64,000 nt of DNA, taken from the NCBI GenBank assembly GCA_964016885.1, contig OZ024752.1, positions 1,240,001 through 1,304,000 on the forward strand, written 5' to 3'. Shown here in pieces: positions 13,211 through 27,812 of this stretch (position 1 is its first letter; every line of letters starts with the position of its first letter). The notes under the pieces are model-generated. The model worked only from the letters and a program-made list of their open reading frames with translations. It searched no databases and had not been told where the DNA came from. This DNA comes from Eledone cirrhosa. Taxonomy: Eukaryota. Both the position numbers and the translations under genes were made by a program.

Positions 13211-14729
13211 ACTCCTATGAGACTAAAGAATACTGCAAAGAAGAAACTTGAAGAAAATCAATCGTATATTTAAGCAGAGATTGAACATACCACCACAGAA
13301 TATTCTGAAGCTAGTGAACGTTATGTGGTTATGGTGCTGGAACATGATAAACAAGGATTCTACTAATGTTCACAGGTTCACAGTTGTAAAGCATTTAGGG
13401 AAAAATTGATTTAATCTTGTATTGTATAATATTCGCCATAGCAAAGGCCGTCCACCCTTAGCGAAAACCATTTCTCGCACGCTTGTATTTAAAACAGATT
13501 TCATTATATATTTACATTTTAGAGGAATTTTCTTTGACATGCTCTGGTCGTTTGAGATACTTTAAACTTCACATTATTTAAAATCTTTATCATATAGCAA
13601 TAGTGGCACATCGATATTTTTATCTATGGATTTAAAAGCGTATGTGCATTCGTTGCTTACTGTCTACTCGTATTATGTTGATCCTGTGTATGTTTTGTCT
13701 TGTATATAGACCATAATTCTACATGTAACTCTGCATAGTGTGTATGGTATAACCACTGGATGACGATATAGAATATTATGTTTAGGTCTTTTCATAAAGA
13801 TTGTTGTGCATTTTTCTCTTTACCATGTCTTGATATTAATGAAACCTATAGCATTTCAGGATAGATAAGCACCCCGTTTTACTATTATGAAATGGTAGCT
13901 TAGAATTACGTGGTTATCCTCCATATTGTCTACCAAACTTGGAACGGAAAATGACATCACAGACTCATCGAACAAAGTTGCAAAATACGTTATTATGGAG
14001 GAAAGAAAGATAATCCTTTCATCCCTAGGTTAACACATTTAATGCATTGTATTGTATCGATGGGATACAATATGACGAGGAAGAATAAAGCAACTCCGTA
14101 TCAGGTTAGTTAAAACGGAAGGAAATTTGCTGAAAGACAGAAGCCATATTTTCACACAAATTTGAACAAGAATGTTCTCAAAGAACCCGAATACATAATG
14201 ATGACGTACAAAGATTGGATGGTTAATTAAAATTTGAATCCGCCATTAATAGAGTATAGAATTGTTACTTAAAGCGGATTCATATAAAAGGTGGTTGAAC
14301 CCAACAGTTATAGCTCTTCTACGAAAACTACAGATAAAATCAGTTACAAATGCGTCTAAAAAATTGAGAATCAACCATAGAATGACCTTTCAAATTCTTT
14401 GCGAAACAAATGCACAATGAATTCAATAAAATCAGAAAAAGGTTACTTATCAGATACATATAAACAATATAGAAAATGAAATGTGAAATCGAAGATGACT
14501 GAACTAACCAAAATGGAATACCTATGTAGACCGGGTGAAACGACAGACAAGAAGATCGCATTGCACATAATAGGAACAATATAGCAAGAGGATAGTAACC
14601 ACCGAACGATTGTTTTTCGTATTTGCGAAAATTAATTTGGAGTTATCTTGTTGTTGTTGGTGTTGGTGTTGGTGTCGGTGTTGGTGTTGTCGTTGTCGTC
14701 CTATTTCTTCTTCTTCTTCTTCTTTTTGA

Positions 14730-15170
14730 GAGGGTCATGGGGGCAGAGTTCTCAAACACTCCGTCCAGCAGGTCCTGTCAGAAGCAACATATCTCCAACT
14801 GATCCGGCTGGATCCCCAAACGTTACCAACCAAGCTCATGGATGTTATCCAACTATCTTGCTCGGGGTCTACCCCTGCGTTTCCTACCTGTTGGTTTTGC
14901 CCTAAGATCTGTCCAGCGATTCATTCCTGAGACATTCTAACCCCATGCCCAAAGTATCGGAGCTGTGATCTCTCAATTCGAAGAAGAAACGGTTCTGCCT
15001 TGATGACTCTCTGATCTCCGATCTACGCACCATATCGAGTAACTTTACTCCAAGGACCGTTCGAAGGAATCCCATTTCTGCCGATTGTATTCACGATCGC
15101 ATTCTTTCAGTCATTACCCGAGATTCATGACCATATGTAAGGGTTGACACGAAAAGCAAATTGAAGACAG
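14730..15170 (-). mobile_element. RTE-clade LINE 3' fragment
   Basis: Minus strand reads RRGRPRARWLDNIHELGW-type RTE C-terminus; homologous to 60590-61140. Confidence 0.7.
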
Positions 15171-16064
15171 TGAGTGTATGTGTATGTGTATATATATTTA
15201 TATATATATATATGTATATGTATGTATGTATATGTGTATGTATGTGTGTATATATGTGTATATATATATATATATACCCATGTGGAGGTATGTGTACATA
15301 TTCGTGTGTGTACGTATGTGTATGTGTGTTTTAATATGTGTCTCTATATGTTTTTGTGTATGTATTTGTACAGGGGTGTGTGATTGATGGTGTGTGCCTA
15401 TATATTCCTACATATGCCCGTGTGTGTATGTGCATATATGCACGCATATATATGTGTGTGTTGAACAAAGGACTAACTTTGGGATGGACGGAGAAAGATT
15501 CTTCAGGAAAAAAAGAAAAAATAATTATTCACAAGCTTGACAGGTGCGATTTGCCTGTGACCATTCTCAACACAAAAGCGATGCTAAAAGCTTTTTCCCC
15601 TGAATAAAGGAATTTTTTGAGAATGACCGGGGCAGGCCGCACTTGCTAAGTTTCTCCCCACCCAACCCTACTCACCGTCTCAACTCATTACTGCTATGAA
15701 CACTTTTTCAACACACCTACACCCATGCACTTATTAAAGGGGGAGAAAAGAAACCCCTACCACACCACAGACATGTTAAATCCCTATATATATATATAGA
15801 ACAACACACCACATACACATCAGTTTGACAAGCGCACCTCAGCGTGAAAGGTCTTTCTAAAAACGAAACAATACCTCCTACGTTAACCAAGAACTCCTAA
15901 GACCTAACCAACAACCAACAACTTAATTTATAAAATAATTTTTTTTAAGAAAAATTCTTTTTGGATTTTGTGATGATAATAAATTTGTTGAAAGCACAAG
16001 TAAAGCCATTTTTTCTTCCCCCCTGTCTTAATATACCTAACTGTACCAAGGATTACACACATTT

Positions 16065-16127
<63 letters not shown>

Positions 16128-16165
16128 AGAAAAGAATCAGTGTTGCGACGAATGGAATTTATAGG

Positions 16166-16259
16166 ACATATTACAATCGTTTCTCTGGCGGCCAGCTTGA
16201 GGCACGATCGATATGATGATCGAACCTGACTCTGAAAATCGCAAGCTCCTCAGATACGT
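16166..16259 (-). ncRNA. Type-I hammerhead ribozyme motif with extended stem II
   Basis: ACGTAT-CTGAGGA-[~63 nt stem II]-GAAA-CGATTG-TA|ATATGT; stem I 6 bp; GUA site. Confidence 0.7.
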
Positions 16260-16293
16260 ATTGATTCTAGGAAAATCTGCTTCATAGAATCAA

Positions 16294-16389
16294 GACGTAT
16301 CTGAAGACCTTGCGATTTTCAGAGTCAGGTTCGATCATCACATCGATCATGCCTCGAGCTGGTCGCCAGAGAAACGATTGTAACATGTC
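16294..16389 (+). ncRNA. Type-I hammerhead ribozyme motif (mirror arm)
   Basis: GACGTAT-CTGAAGA-[long stem II]-GAAA-CGATTG-TA|ACATGTC; one stem I mismatch. Confidence 0.65.
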
Positions 16390-16507
16390 CAATAAATTCC
16401 ATTCGTCGCAACACTGATTCTCTTTTTTTCTATGATATCATACTCTGCTCTATGAGAGTGCTCATACGTCGTACCGCATACAGACGCTTTAAGCATCCAA
16501 CACTAAT

Positions 16508-16622
<115 letters not shown>

Positions 16623-16643
16623 CTATATATATATATATATATG

Positions 16644-16768
<125 letters not shown>

Positions 16769-16797
16769 CTATATATATATATATATATATATGTATT

Positions 16798-17625
16798 GAA
16801 CCTGTCTGTTTATTCATTGTTGTAGTATTAAGGTGACAACCTGCCTCTGGTCACCTTTTTCATTGTATCACTATTACCTCCCTGATTGAGATTACTCCGA
16901 AGGGTAATTATTTGATTACTCTCTCATTGAGTGCTGTGTGGGAGCCTTCAAACATCGATTGCGAACCTGCTACTCGCAGTTGCAACATCTGTTATGTTAA
17001 TTATAATTATTATTTTCTCCCACCCTTTATAATTAATCAATTGATTAATTGTTTAATTAGATAATTGATTGTTTATTGTTTGTTTGAAAGTCTAGTGGAG
17101 AGCTTACTTCGAGGCTGTGAATAAATTCCTTTGTTCACACTTTTGAATGTACCTGCCAAAAGCCAGATGTGAACATCCTCTTCCTTTGAGAAAGAACACA
17201 TCAACTCACTGCCAAATTTAGTAAGGCAACGTTGTCTCATAAGCTGTGGAAAGTGGATACTGGAACAAAAGACCTGTTGACGAAGGGAAATCCTCGTTAC
17301 ATCTTAGGATACATTACTGTCTTACATATACATAATGCAACTTGGAGCGTGGGTTTCGTTTTTCCCAGAAACCTATCGAAGACATTTATCGATTAATATC
17401 TAATATCTATCGACCAGGTTCAGGTTCATTTTTAACCTGCCTGTATTTTTTGTTGTGTAGTAATAAGGTGGGAACATACCTCTGGTCGCATTTTTCATTG
17501 TGTGACTATTACCTAACATATGTTGATTACTTTGAGGAGAATTTATTGATTACTCTCTCAGTGAGTGCTTTGTGACAGCCTTCAAAAATTGATTGCGAAT
17601 CTGCTACGCACAGCTGCAACTTCGG
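16798..17625 (+). repeat. Two diverged direct copies (~200 bp; 16798-17010 and 17434-17625) of a probable LINE 3' end with (TTA)-like tails
   Basis: Shared aacctg..tgtagta.taaggtg..cctctggtc..gattactctctca.tgagtgct..gattgcgaa.ctgctac blocks. Confidence 0.65.
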
Positions 17626-20176
17626 TTATTATTATTGTTATTATTATTCTTTGAGTCTCAATCATTGATGTTATTTAACTGGAAAGTTTGTTGAAATGAA
17701 TATCAAGCCACTACCTGCAACTTCAGAAATTGCCCTTTGAAGTGTTCCAAAAAACGGGGCTGGATTAATCTTCTTTAACGATCCTTGAAAACTCTTTGAG
17801 ATAGTACCTAGTGCGCCTATGACAACCGAGACGACCTTGATCTCATGGCAGTTCCAAATCCTTTTTAACTCCCACTTTAAATCCTGGTATCGGTTAATTT
17901 CCTCCCTTTCCTTTTCTTGTACTCTCGTGTCAAATGGTCAGGGTAGATCTACAATCAGGCACGATCTTTTTACCTTGTCCAAAACAACCAGGTCAGGCTT
18001 ATTGTGTTCTAATTTCTTGTCCGTCTGTATCCTAAAATACCATAGCACCATCACCTGACCATTTTCTATCACCGACTCTGGCTTATGCTCATACCACTTC
18101 TCAGAATGCGGTAAATTGTTTACTTTGCATAGATGCCAGTGGATCACCCTGCCTATCATATAAGGTCTCCAGCCTTTATAGTGAATCTGGGCTAGGTGTT
18201 TACACTCGGATACAAAGTGAGCCACTGTCTCCTTCTCTCTCCACAGATCCTACACAGTGAGCTACCCCCCCTGTCAATATGGTGTTTCACCCACTTTGTT
18301 CTGAGGGCTTGCTCTTGCGCAGCCATCAGCATTCCTTCTGCAGCTTTTTTAAGGTCTCCTCTTTTTAACCAGTTCCATGTCTGTGGATCTCTAAATTCCA
18401 TTTTCTTAAGAAGGTGCTATGAAGGGATTTTTCATGAAGGTTGCTCTTCCTCATTGTTGTTATTTCCTCCTTGGACATCCCCTGGTCTATTGCCTTCTCC
18501 TTCAGTACAATTTTCAGCATTGGCTCCCTACTGTCAGTCACGTATTTGTGCAGGTTGTTTTTCTCCATCTGAACACAGTCCTCTATGCTGATAAGACCTC
18601 TTCCACCTTCAGATCTCTTTAAGTAGAGTCTATCGACATCACTCCTCTTGTGGAACATGTAGATAGTCAATAGCTTCCTATTCTTCCTATCCATTTCTTT
18701 TTGTTCCGCAACATTCCATCTCAGAATTCCCGCACTGTACCTAATAATAGACACAGCTCGGGAATTTACTGCACTTATGACATTCCTACTATTTAGTTGT
18801 TATTTTAGTATGTTCCTTACTCTCCTTATGTATTCAGATCTTATCAATTCCTTCATTTGTTTTGTTCTTGATGTCATCTGGCTCCAGAACACCTACATAT
18901 TTGTATCCCTCTTCTGTGTCAATTTCCTTTATCATCTCACCTGTTTGTACCTGCATTCCGTTGCTTCTGCTCAATCTACCCCTCTTCATCACTAGGAATC
19001 CACACTTATTAACACCAAATTCCATACATATATCATTGCTGTATATACGGACAGTGTTAACAAGTACATGCAACTCCTCACTCTTCCCAAAGAGTTTAAG
19101 ATCGTCCATGAAGTGGAAGTGGTTGATGGTAAGCTCTCCTCTTCCCACCTTGTATCCTGCTCTCACTTTTCGCAATATGACGCACAGGGGTATCAGGGAA
19201 AGGACAAACAACAAAGGGGACAAACTATCTCCCTGGAAGATACCTCTCTTGATCTTCACACCTTCCAAGGATTCGCCACCCGATATTAACTTTGTTTCCC
19301 AGGACTTCATACTTTTACCTAATAGCCGTCTGATGTTGTCTACCACCTTGAAGATCTCTAGGTGTTTGGTTATCCAAGAGTGAGGTACCATGTCGAATGT
19401 CTTTTTGTAATCTATCTATCCCATGGCAAGGCCAGTATGCCTCCTCTTGCAATTCCTCATTACCATCTTATAAATAAGTAACTGGTCTTTTATACCACGG
19501 GGCTTGTTTCGGCATCCTTTCTGTTCGTCCGGTAACACATTGTTTATGTGGATGTGATGGTAGATTTCCTCAGACACAATGCTTGTTAACAGTTTTCACA
19601 TTACGGACAGAGATGTGATAGGTCTATAGTTGGTAACATCATTACCCTTGATTCGGTCTTTCATTACCAGAACTGTGGTACCTTTTGTCAACCACTCTGA
19701 TACCTCACCCGATATCAAGCATTCATTGAACATGGTTGTCAGTTTCGGGTGGAGGGATGTTATATTTTTAATCCAATGGCCTGCCCTTTAAGAGTTTCAA
19801 CTGTGATTCTCAAATCAGATTGTTGGTGTGCTTGTTCACTAATCTCCTTTTGTACTGTTTCAATCCACACTGCCTGACCATCATGTTCAACATCCTGCTC
19901 CCATATTCCTCTCCAGAATGTCTTAGTCTGTTCCGCCTCAGGAATCAAGTCGTTGCCTCTTTCTTTCCCTTTAATCTGTCCAAACAACATCTTCTGATTG
20001 TTGTCAAACATGCGGTTCTGCCTATACTGACTGACTCTGCTCTCATACCGCCTAATCTTTGCACGTTTTGTTACAATATGTTGCTTCAGTTCCTCTATGA
20101 TAATACTTAGCTTTTTCCTCCTAGTTTTGTACTTTATTTCCAATCTATTTTTAGTGTCTATATTTTGTAATGTTCT
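17626..20176 (-). mobile_element. 5'-truncated copy of the same R4/Dong-type LINE family as 4012-7432
   Basis: GIFQGDSLSPLLF, FMDDLKLF, CRICGE, HFVSEC, KPDLVV; near-identical to copy 1; (TAA)n tail at ~17626-17648. Confidence 0.92.
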
Positions 20177-20368
20177 GACTAAGCGAATTTCGTTGAAATC
20201 TACGGTAGCTAATGGTCAACTTCCTTCGGACATGCGCCTGCGCAGACCGGTGGGGGTGAATTGGTACTCACAGGGGAACGGATGAAGAACCCAAAGGCAC
20301 ACACTTCGTCCGTTTCCATGTCGATTCAATTTGGATTGCCTCGGAAACATAACCTTATTATGTAACAA

Positions 20369-20442
20369 GCTGTCTGATGATGTCACGACACTCGCACACA
20401 GAACAGTGTGGCCAGTGTCGTCATTGAAATATATATCACACC
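20369..20442 (+). ncRNA. Type-I hammerhead ribozyme motif upstream of (TA)n
   Basis: GCTGT-CTGATGA-[ACGACACT..CACAC..GTGTG..AGTGTCGT stem II]-GAAA-TATATA-TC|ACACC; short stem I with a mismatch. Confidence 0.65.
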
Positions 20443-20491
20443 ATTATTATTAAAGGACTTGAACATCTGAAACTACTTCGCTTTTCCTTAT

Positions 20492-20562
<71 letters not shown>

Positions 20563-20847
20563 TAAAACATGTCTATAGAATCACAAGATAAAATATATAC
20601 TATTTCCTCTCCCACTTAGCATAATTAACTATATAAAAAATCGAATAGACCAGGCTATAAGAATGAGGCTTCTATGAAGAAATCTCCGACAAATAACCAA
20701 AACTAGCCCTTCGCGTCGGCCGTAGCGGAATATTTATCGAATATTTCGACAGCGTAATCGCCCAGATACAGTCAACTAAACAGAATTATCCGTATTTTGA
20801 GTCTTCCAATAATTATGTATAGACATGTTTTATCATATATAGCTCTG

Positions 20848-20898
<51 letters not shown>

Positions 20899-21812
20899 GG
20901 AACCGCTTTAATGAAATGTAGATAGTTATGAAATGTTTTAAATATTGGGTATTCAGTTTAAATATATTCGTTCATTTTGTTACTAGCATTAAGAAAAAAT
21001 AAAAACTAAGATTCTAGCGTAGAAATAGCTATTGATTAATTTGTTATTAAGAATGAACCATTTAAATTATAAAAAAATATATTGTTCTCATAAACAGTGA
21101 ATGTGCATGGCTTAAGAAAATACGCTAACAAGAAAAGAATGACATATTATTGAACAGAACTAAATTAGTTTTCATTTTTTTGTTAGTAGCCTGTGGGCTG
21201 TGTAGTTCAGCGGAACTCTCGATCAGCACATCATCCGGACGGAAGCTGGTAGCACAATTTGTCACGTCAAAATTGAAGTGAAAATTGTTGCGATGATTAC
21301 GTGCATCTGTAAAGAACAATTCAAAACAGATGAATTATTTACGGAAATTACCAACTATTTTAACAGGAAATGAAAAATTAAAATGAGCAAAAAATAAATT
21401 TGATATAGGAGCAAGAAAAAAGATAGAATCTAATTGATGTGTGAAGTTCGAATGAAAAGGTTTAAAAAAAACTAAAGAAAATAAAAATAGAAACATATTA
21501 AAATGTAAAAAGAAAATATAGTAAATGAAGGAGGAAATAAAATGGGAGAGAGAATGTGAGCTGAAGAAAATTTACAAAAGTTTAAAAATCTAGAGAGCTG
21601 TTCATTTATGGATTAGTGGGGAGGTGGTAAAGGGTAAGTAATAAATAAAAGTGAAAGGAAAGAGAAACATTGAGAGCAGGTGGATGGAATAGTAAGCAGG
21701 AGGAAAAGAGGGGAGGGAGAGGAAATACAAAAATTAGAGAGTGGAGAAAATGTGAGGTGATGAAAGAAGGAGAGAGTGAGAGAGAGAGAGAGTGAGTGAG
21801 TGAGAGTTAGAG

Positions 21813-21846
<34 letters not shown>

Positions 21847-22315
21847 AGTAAAAAAGACAGAAGTTATGTTGTAGAGGATAAAAGGATTCAAAAACATTTT
21901 CCTAAACAATAATGGAATCGAGACGTGAATTGTAATTTTAAATGTTCAAATACAATGCTAAACATTTCTGCTCATAGAAAAATGGTGTTAGAATAGGAAG
22001 TACGTTGAGGTGGCGTAGGAAGATACATTAAAATTTAAGTAGAAATGCAATAGAGGTGAGAGGAGGAGATTCAGACATCTAGAAAATTAAAAATAAAATA
22101 GAAAATATTATTTCCAAAGAAAGACACCGGACGTGACTACATGAATTGTCCATTCTGTTGTTGACCACAAAGTACCGTTTGCGAATAAAAATGAAGAGGT
22201 CTTTAATAAAACATTTTATAAACAGACATGAACATTTGGTGTGAATACACATTTCAAAATCAAAATAGATGTGACTATGATGCCACGGGAGCAGTTTCGA
22301 CCAGAATAATCTAAA

Positions 22316-22325
22316 CTAAATATTC

Positions 22326-22371
<46 letters not shown>

Positions 22372-22385
22372 GAATATTTAGTTTA
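22316..22385. repeat. Short palindrome centred on (TA)n
   Basis: AAACTAAATATTCGAA-(TA)n-TTCGAATATTTAGTTT. Confidence 0.9.
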
Positions 22386-23000
22386 TATATATATATATAT
22401 ATCGTTTATGAATTTGTTTAGCAAGATTCTTTATCGGAAACCTTTGATGAAACCGATATTGTTATACTTTGGGAGGGCCGTGTTGCCAATAAGAAACACA
22501 CGCACCAGTTGCTTTCAATCCAATTTATAAATTTCCGGTTGGTTGGTTGGTTCCACAACCGGACGGTTGTTCATATATTGTCAAAATTCTTTCGTTACAC
22601 ATTCTGTGACCTCTTCAGTGACTGGGGAATCTTTTCTTTGTTTTGTGCCTCTCATTTGTTCTGTCCTACGCCATCTTGTTTTTGTGTGTGTTGTGCGCTT
22701 AGTTTGCGCATGTGTTACATCCGGGTGTCTGTGTGTGTGTTTTTATTTGTTTATTTATTTGTTTATTTATTTGTTTATTTACATGTTACTGGTTGGTTGT
22801 TTGTTCTATATGCGTGTGTGTTTTCATTTTGTCCTTAATTGTAAGTTGTGATGTTGCTATTCCATTCAGGTTTTCTATTTAATTTTTATTGGAGTTCATT
22901 TATGGTTATTGCCTCTGTGATTTGTCTAAACATTGCGTCTTTTCTGTGTGTAGATTTTATTTACACACACACACACACACGCACACACACACACACACGC

Positions 23001-23079
<79 letters not shown>

Positions 23080-23112
23080 CACACATATATACATATACAT
23101 ATGTACGTATGT

Positions 23113-23532
23113 GTTATATCGAATATTAATAATAACATACGATTCGTTTGTAAATAAACGGGCGATTAAAGCTGTACCGTGCCGATTACAAATTGTCATC
23201 CGTTTCTTCAACACTGGCATTGGAGAACTATCAATATGTTTGTGGGTCATTACCCTTCATCAAGACTCTATACATCTGCCAATCTGTTGAACGGTTGAAA
23301 ATAAGATTACTCAGCCGATGGGTACTTAAGAAAATACTATATATGTTCAACTGTTCAACAGATTGGCAGAGGTATTCAGTCCTGATGAAGGGTAATGACC
23401 CAGAAACATGGTGATTGTTCCTCAATGACAGTGTTGAAGAAACGGATAACAATTTGTCATCGGCACGGCACAGTTATAATCGGGCCGTTTGTTTACAGAC
23501 GAATAATATGTTATATTAATATTCAATATAAC
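23113..23532. mobile_element. Diverged ~420-bp fold-back element with degenerate hammerheads in both arms
   Basis: Arms ~23113-23300 and 23345-23532 are reverse complements; right arm CAGTC-CTGATGA-AGGGTAATGACCCA-GAAA-CATG-GT-GATTG (23377-23417). Confidence 0.8.
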
Positions 23533-23815
23533 CCATGCTTAACATCTAAGTCACCACACGTTGTGCTCCTCGGTCTTATGTATTCTCAGAATACTCCTCC
23601 TTTGAAATTATGTAAATCCTTCAAATAAGCAATTGAACACAGGCCCACACGAATTGACACACATAAGTACATTTTCATATTAATACTTGTAGACGAATTA
23701 TTTGAGGAAAACTAACATTTACAGTTTAAGTGGAATGGGATATTTATTAGATATAATATTACATCATCTGAATCTACTTATCTACTTCTTGTAATCTTGC
23801 AGAAAACACGATGCT

Positions 23816-23872
<57 letters not shown>

Positions 23873-24164
23873 TGTACAACAATCATTGAATGTTGCTGTA
23901 TCATCGAAATTTGATACATTAGTTTACAATAATTATAGCAATAATTCAAACTTAAATTCCATTAACAAGAATAGTTGTCCAGTACGTGCGCAATTTGAAT
24001 CAATTTCATTTTCGGATTTTAGTTCGTTTGAACTTTGTATCAATTGCCCGCTCCTGCTCTTGCTCGATGGGACAGGGCTATCTTATGTCAGCAATCCCAG
24101 AGGTTTCAACGCGCGTGGAGCCAAGAATGGATCAATTGTATACTATATATATAATCAAAATAGA

Positions 24165-24276
24165 TTCCAGTAAGAAGCTGGTTAGACCATTAATGATCAG
24201 AGTACTTGCGGTAGTGTAGTATAGTTATATGAATGAGTCAGGGCCCTGACGACTGAGGCCTTGCCGTTTCAACAGT
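24165..24276 (-). mobile_element. Diverged family-B tail with 3' half hammerhead
   Basis: Minus strand GAAA-CGGC-aaggcctca-GTCG-TC|agggcc followed by a tail similar to 10330-10400. Confidence 0.6.
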
Positions 24277-24611
24277 TATATATATATATATAATATATAT
24301 ACAAACATCATATTGGCGATCCCTCGAATCGTTGAGCGGATAATCTTAATATAAAAACTTGTATGGTCATGCTTGGAGAAGATATAAAATATCTTATAAA
24401 ATAAGGTGAGGCATCTTAAAGACGGAAGAGGGTGATGGAATCAGCCGCTTTTTCATAGCATTACCAGTCACGAGTATACCACACTCACACACACTCACTT
24501 TCTCTTTCTGCATTTCTCTCTTTCTGTGTGCGTGTGTGTGTCTCTCTCTTTCTCTCCATATATATATATATATACGCATAATTAAGATGTATATAGAGAA
24601 AGAGAGAGAAC

Positions 24612-24655
<44 letters not shown>

Positions 24656-26690
24656 AAGAGAGAGAGAGCGTGAGAGAGGGAGAATGAGAGAGACAGAGAG
24701 GATGTGTGTATAGTTATGATAATGAATAAGCATTTTACAGTGCTCTGTGCTATTATACATCTCGAAATATAATAATAGCAATACAAGTTATGTTTGATAC
24801 GCCATTAGATATTCTGCAGAGGCAGTGTTGCTTTGAATTCATTTTAAAATATCACCACGAATATGTATGCTTAATATTGAAATTTCTTTTAAAATCGTGA
24901 CTATGTTCTACAATAGCTGAAATACTATAACTGAAAATCGAGTTCACGAATATTATATTTTTGTCGATTAACTTGATACTATTTTCATGTTTGTAAGTAT
25001 TTTCACAACCGTGTGATTTATTAAACAAAATACAACGTTCGATAAGTGAAAAACAGCTAAGGCATAAAGGATGTGTGTGTACATGTGTTAGTGTGTGTTT
25101 GGATATATTCATTCGATTAAACATATGCATACTTGTAAGGCTTAGAAAGCGATGCTATATATTTCGTATGTGACTTGTGAAGCCACTTTGTGTTTTAAAG
25201 TTAAAATACATAGGAAATTCAAGCATAAACAGTGAATTTTATATATATGAGCGATATTCGAAGTAATTCATATGTTTATACACATGAATATTATTGTGGT
25301 TTACTTTTTTACATATAGTTACATTGTGTATATGAATGTGTGTGTGTTTGTGTGTATCTTGTGAGTGCGTGCATGTTATAATGTGTGATTGTTTGCATGT
25401 ACACTTATGTGTAAGTTAATCTGTACCAGATGTATAGAAGAACGAAAGAGAGTTTCAGATTCATATTCTATATATATATACACACATATATATTTATATA
25501 TGTATGCATGTGTGTGTGTATCTGTGTGTGTGTATGTGTATGTATGTGGATGTTTAAATTGTATTCAATACATAAGCTGCACACATACACACCAAGACGA
25601 GAATGTATGCTAATACTATATATATTGCAGCGCAATTAGATGTGTAGTTGTCGGTTGAGTATCTCTTTCAATTACCATTTATAGTAGATATTTACACGCA
25701 TATGAAATATAAACCAATGTATCTGAGACCGGGTATCTGGATGGCTCGTATATTATATTCTATTTCCATAGGAACCTAAACGAGAGACTTCTCTTTTAAG
25801 AAATGTGCACTATTCCTGGAAACACTTTTGCGTTTGATGGCTGAATTAATGGGATTTAGATGAACCATTAACTTCTCACAGCCAACGCAAAATCGTACAT
25901 TTTGTTTAGGTCAGGGTCAATGATGTGGCGATGAATAAAATAAGAGACCCCAGGGGAGTTATGAACAACGTGTCAGTTACAAAGCTACAGCAGCCATCCC
26001 CAGCTACTGTATAGAGAGTTACGCCTAAGCTTATTTAATGATTGATTCAACTCTCCTTATCCTGGTTCAGGACACACTTAACCTTTTTCTAGCGATCAGA
26101 GACCCGACCAACTGAGAGAAATCTACATTAATGGAGGCTTGTCAGGAGGAGGTCTTTTGGGATATACCTCAAATCGTTTCACCGTTATTTATGTTATTTC
26201 CGAAATTAATGTTATTTCTGGTAAAATATAAGACGAAGTTTAAAAAGTCACATGGGCCCCGCTGTATAGACACGCATACAAGGATGTTTGATAGATGTCA
26301 TATTCTATATCAGTATATATATACAAACATATTGCCAAATAGTTCTAACATTCATTCATGCATAGTTATGTGAATGAACATTTAAGCGTTGAGATCTGTT
26401 ATGCATATGCATATGAGGGGATGCAAATATTGGAAGAAATACTTTACGGGTATATCGCAGTATGTTTGGAAGAATATGTATTCATTTCCCAATTGGAATT
26501 TTAGAGCATAATTTGTCCGGAAAGTTTATAATGAAATGTTCTTGTGTTTTTTGTAGAGAATTTTAACATAAATGTATATATTTATTGACTTACGTATGTA
26601 TTTGTATGAAATATGCCGAAAATTCTTTTTCTTCAATATCACAACGTCAAAAATAATGTGGTCGAGACCTACTGGTACACAAATCACACG

Positions 26691-26853
<163 letters not shown>

Positions 26854-26933
26854 GTATGATACATATAACTAACAAATAGTTTATCGTTCTATATGGTTGA
26901 ATACAATAAATGCAATCTGAGTTTTCGAATATT

Positions 26934-27123
26934 AATAATTGTTTCTACTTTAGGCACAAGGCCAGCAATTACCCAGTGCATTACTGGTACTTTATTTTAT
27001 CGACCCCGTAAGGATGAAAGGCAAAGTCAACCTCGGCGGGATTTGAACTCAGATCGTAAAGGGACGTAACTATGCTGGAAAGCATGGCGTCCGACCCTCT
27101 ACCGATACTGCCAATCCACCGCC
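26934..27123 (-). mobile_element. tRNA-derived SINE (Octopus-type), full copy
   Basis: Sense: A box TGGCAGTATCGG, B box GAGTTCAAATCC, body TTTGCCTTTCATCC..GGGGTCGATAAA..AAGTACCAGT, (ATT) tail; at least 5 copies in window. Confidence 0.85.
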
Positions 27124-27235
27124 CTTTAATAATATTCGATTCGTTTGCAATTTTGCAAACAGCCTCTTTTAAAGCCATGTCAGTAGAATGAGCCCCTCAT
27201 TATTGCTCTTGTGTTGTAAACAGAACTACAGACAC

Positions 27236-27418
27236 TTGGCAGTATCGGTAGAGCGTCGGACGCCATGCTTTCCAGCATAGTTACGTCCCTTTACGACCTG
27301 CGTTCAAATCCCGCCGAGGTTGACTTTGCCTTTCATCCTTACGGGGTCGATAAAATAAAGTACCAGTAATGCACTGGATAATCGCTGGCCTTGTGCCTAA
27401 AATAGAAGCAATTATTAT
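27236..27418 (+). mobile_element. tRNA-derived SINE, inverted partner of 26934-27123
   Basis: TTGGCAGTATCGG...GTTCAAATCCCGCCGAGG...AGCAATTATT. Confidence 0.85.
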
Positions 27419-27724
27419 TCATCAGTATAGTATACTGCCTACCTGCCAACTGTCAGATCTTGTGAAAATATATTTTCCGAAATATACAGTGCCTGATTGG
27501 CCTGATTGCATAATAGCAGACTGCCTGACCTGTCAGATCTGCATATTAGCAGACCAATTGATCAGCCAGATTTGCATATCAGCAGACTGGCCAGTCAGCT
27601 TCATGTATACGAGCGATTAATGGAAGGCTTTGCCATATTCAAATAACTAACAACTAGTTTATCGCTCTACATGGTTGAATACAATAAATGTAATCTGTAT
27701 GATAGACACACACATATATATATT

Positions 27725-27812
<88 letters not shown>

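Noticed and set aside
24252-24259. Plus-strand CTGACGA hammerhead core
   Set aside because: It is the reverse complement of the stem III/GUC junction of the minus-strand half-motif, and no downstream GAAA fold forms.
27236-27320. tRNA genes (also 60160-60225)
   Set aside because: A/B boxes are present but lie in multi-copy SINE heads without a full cloverleaf.
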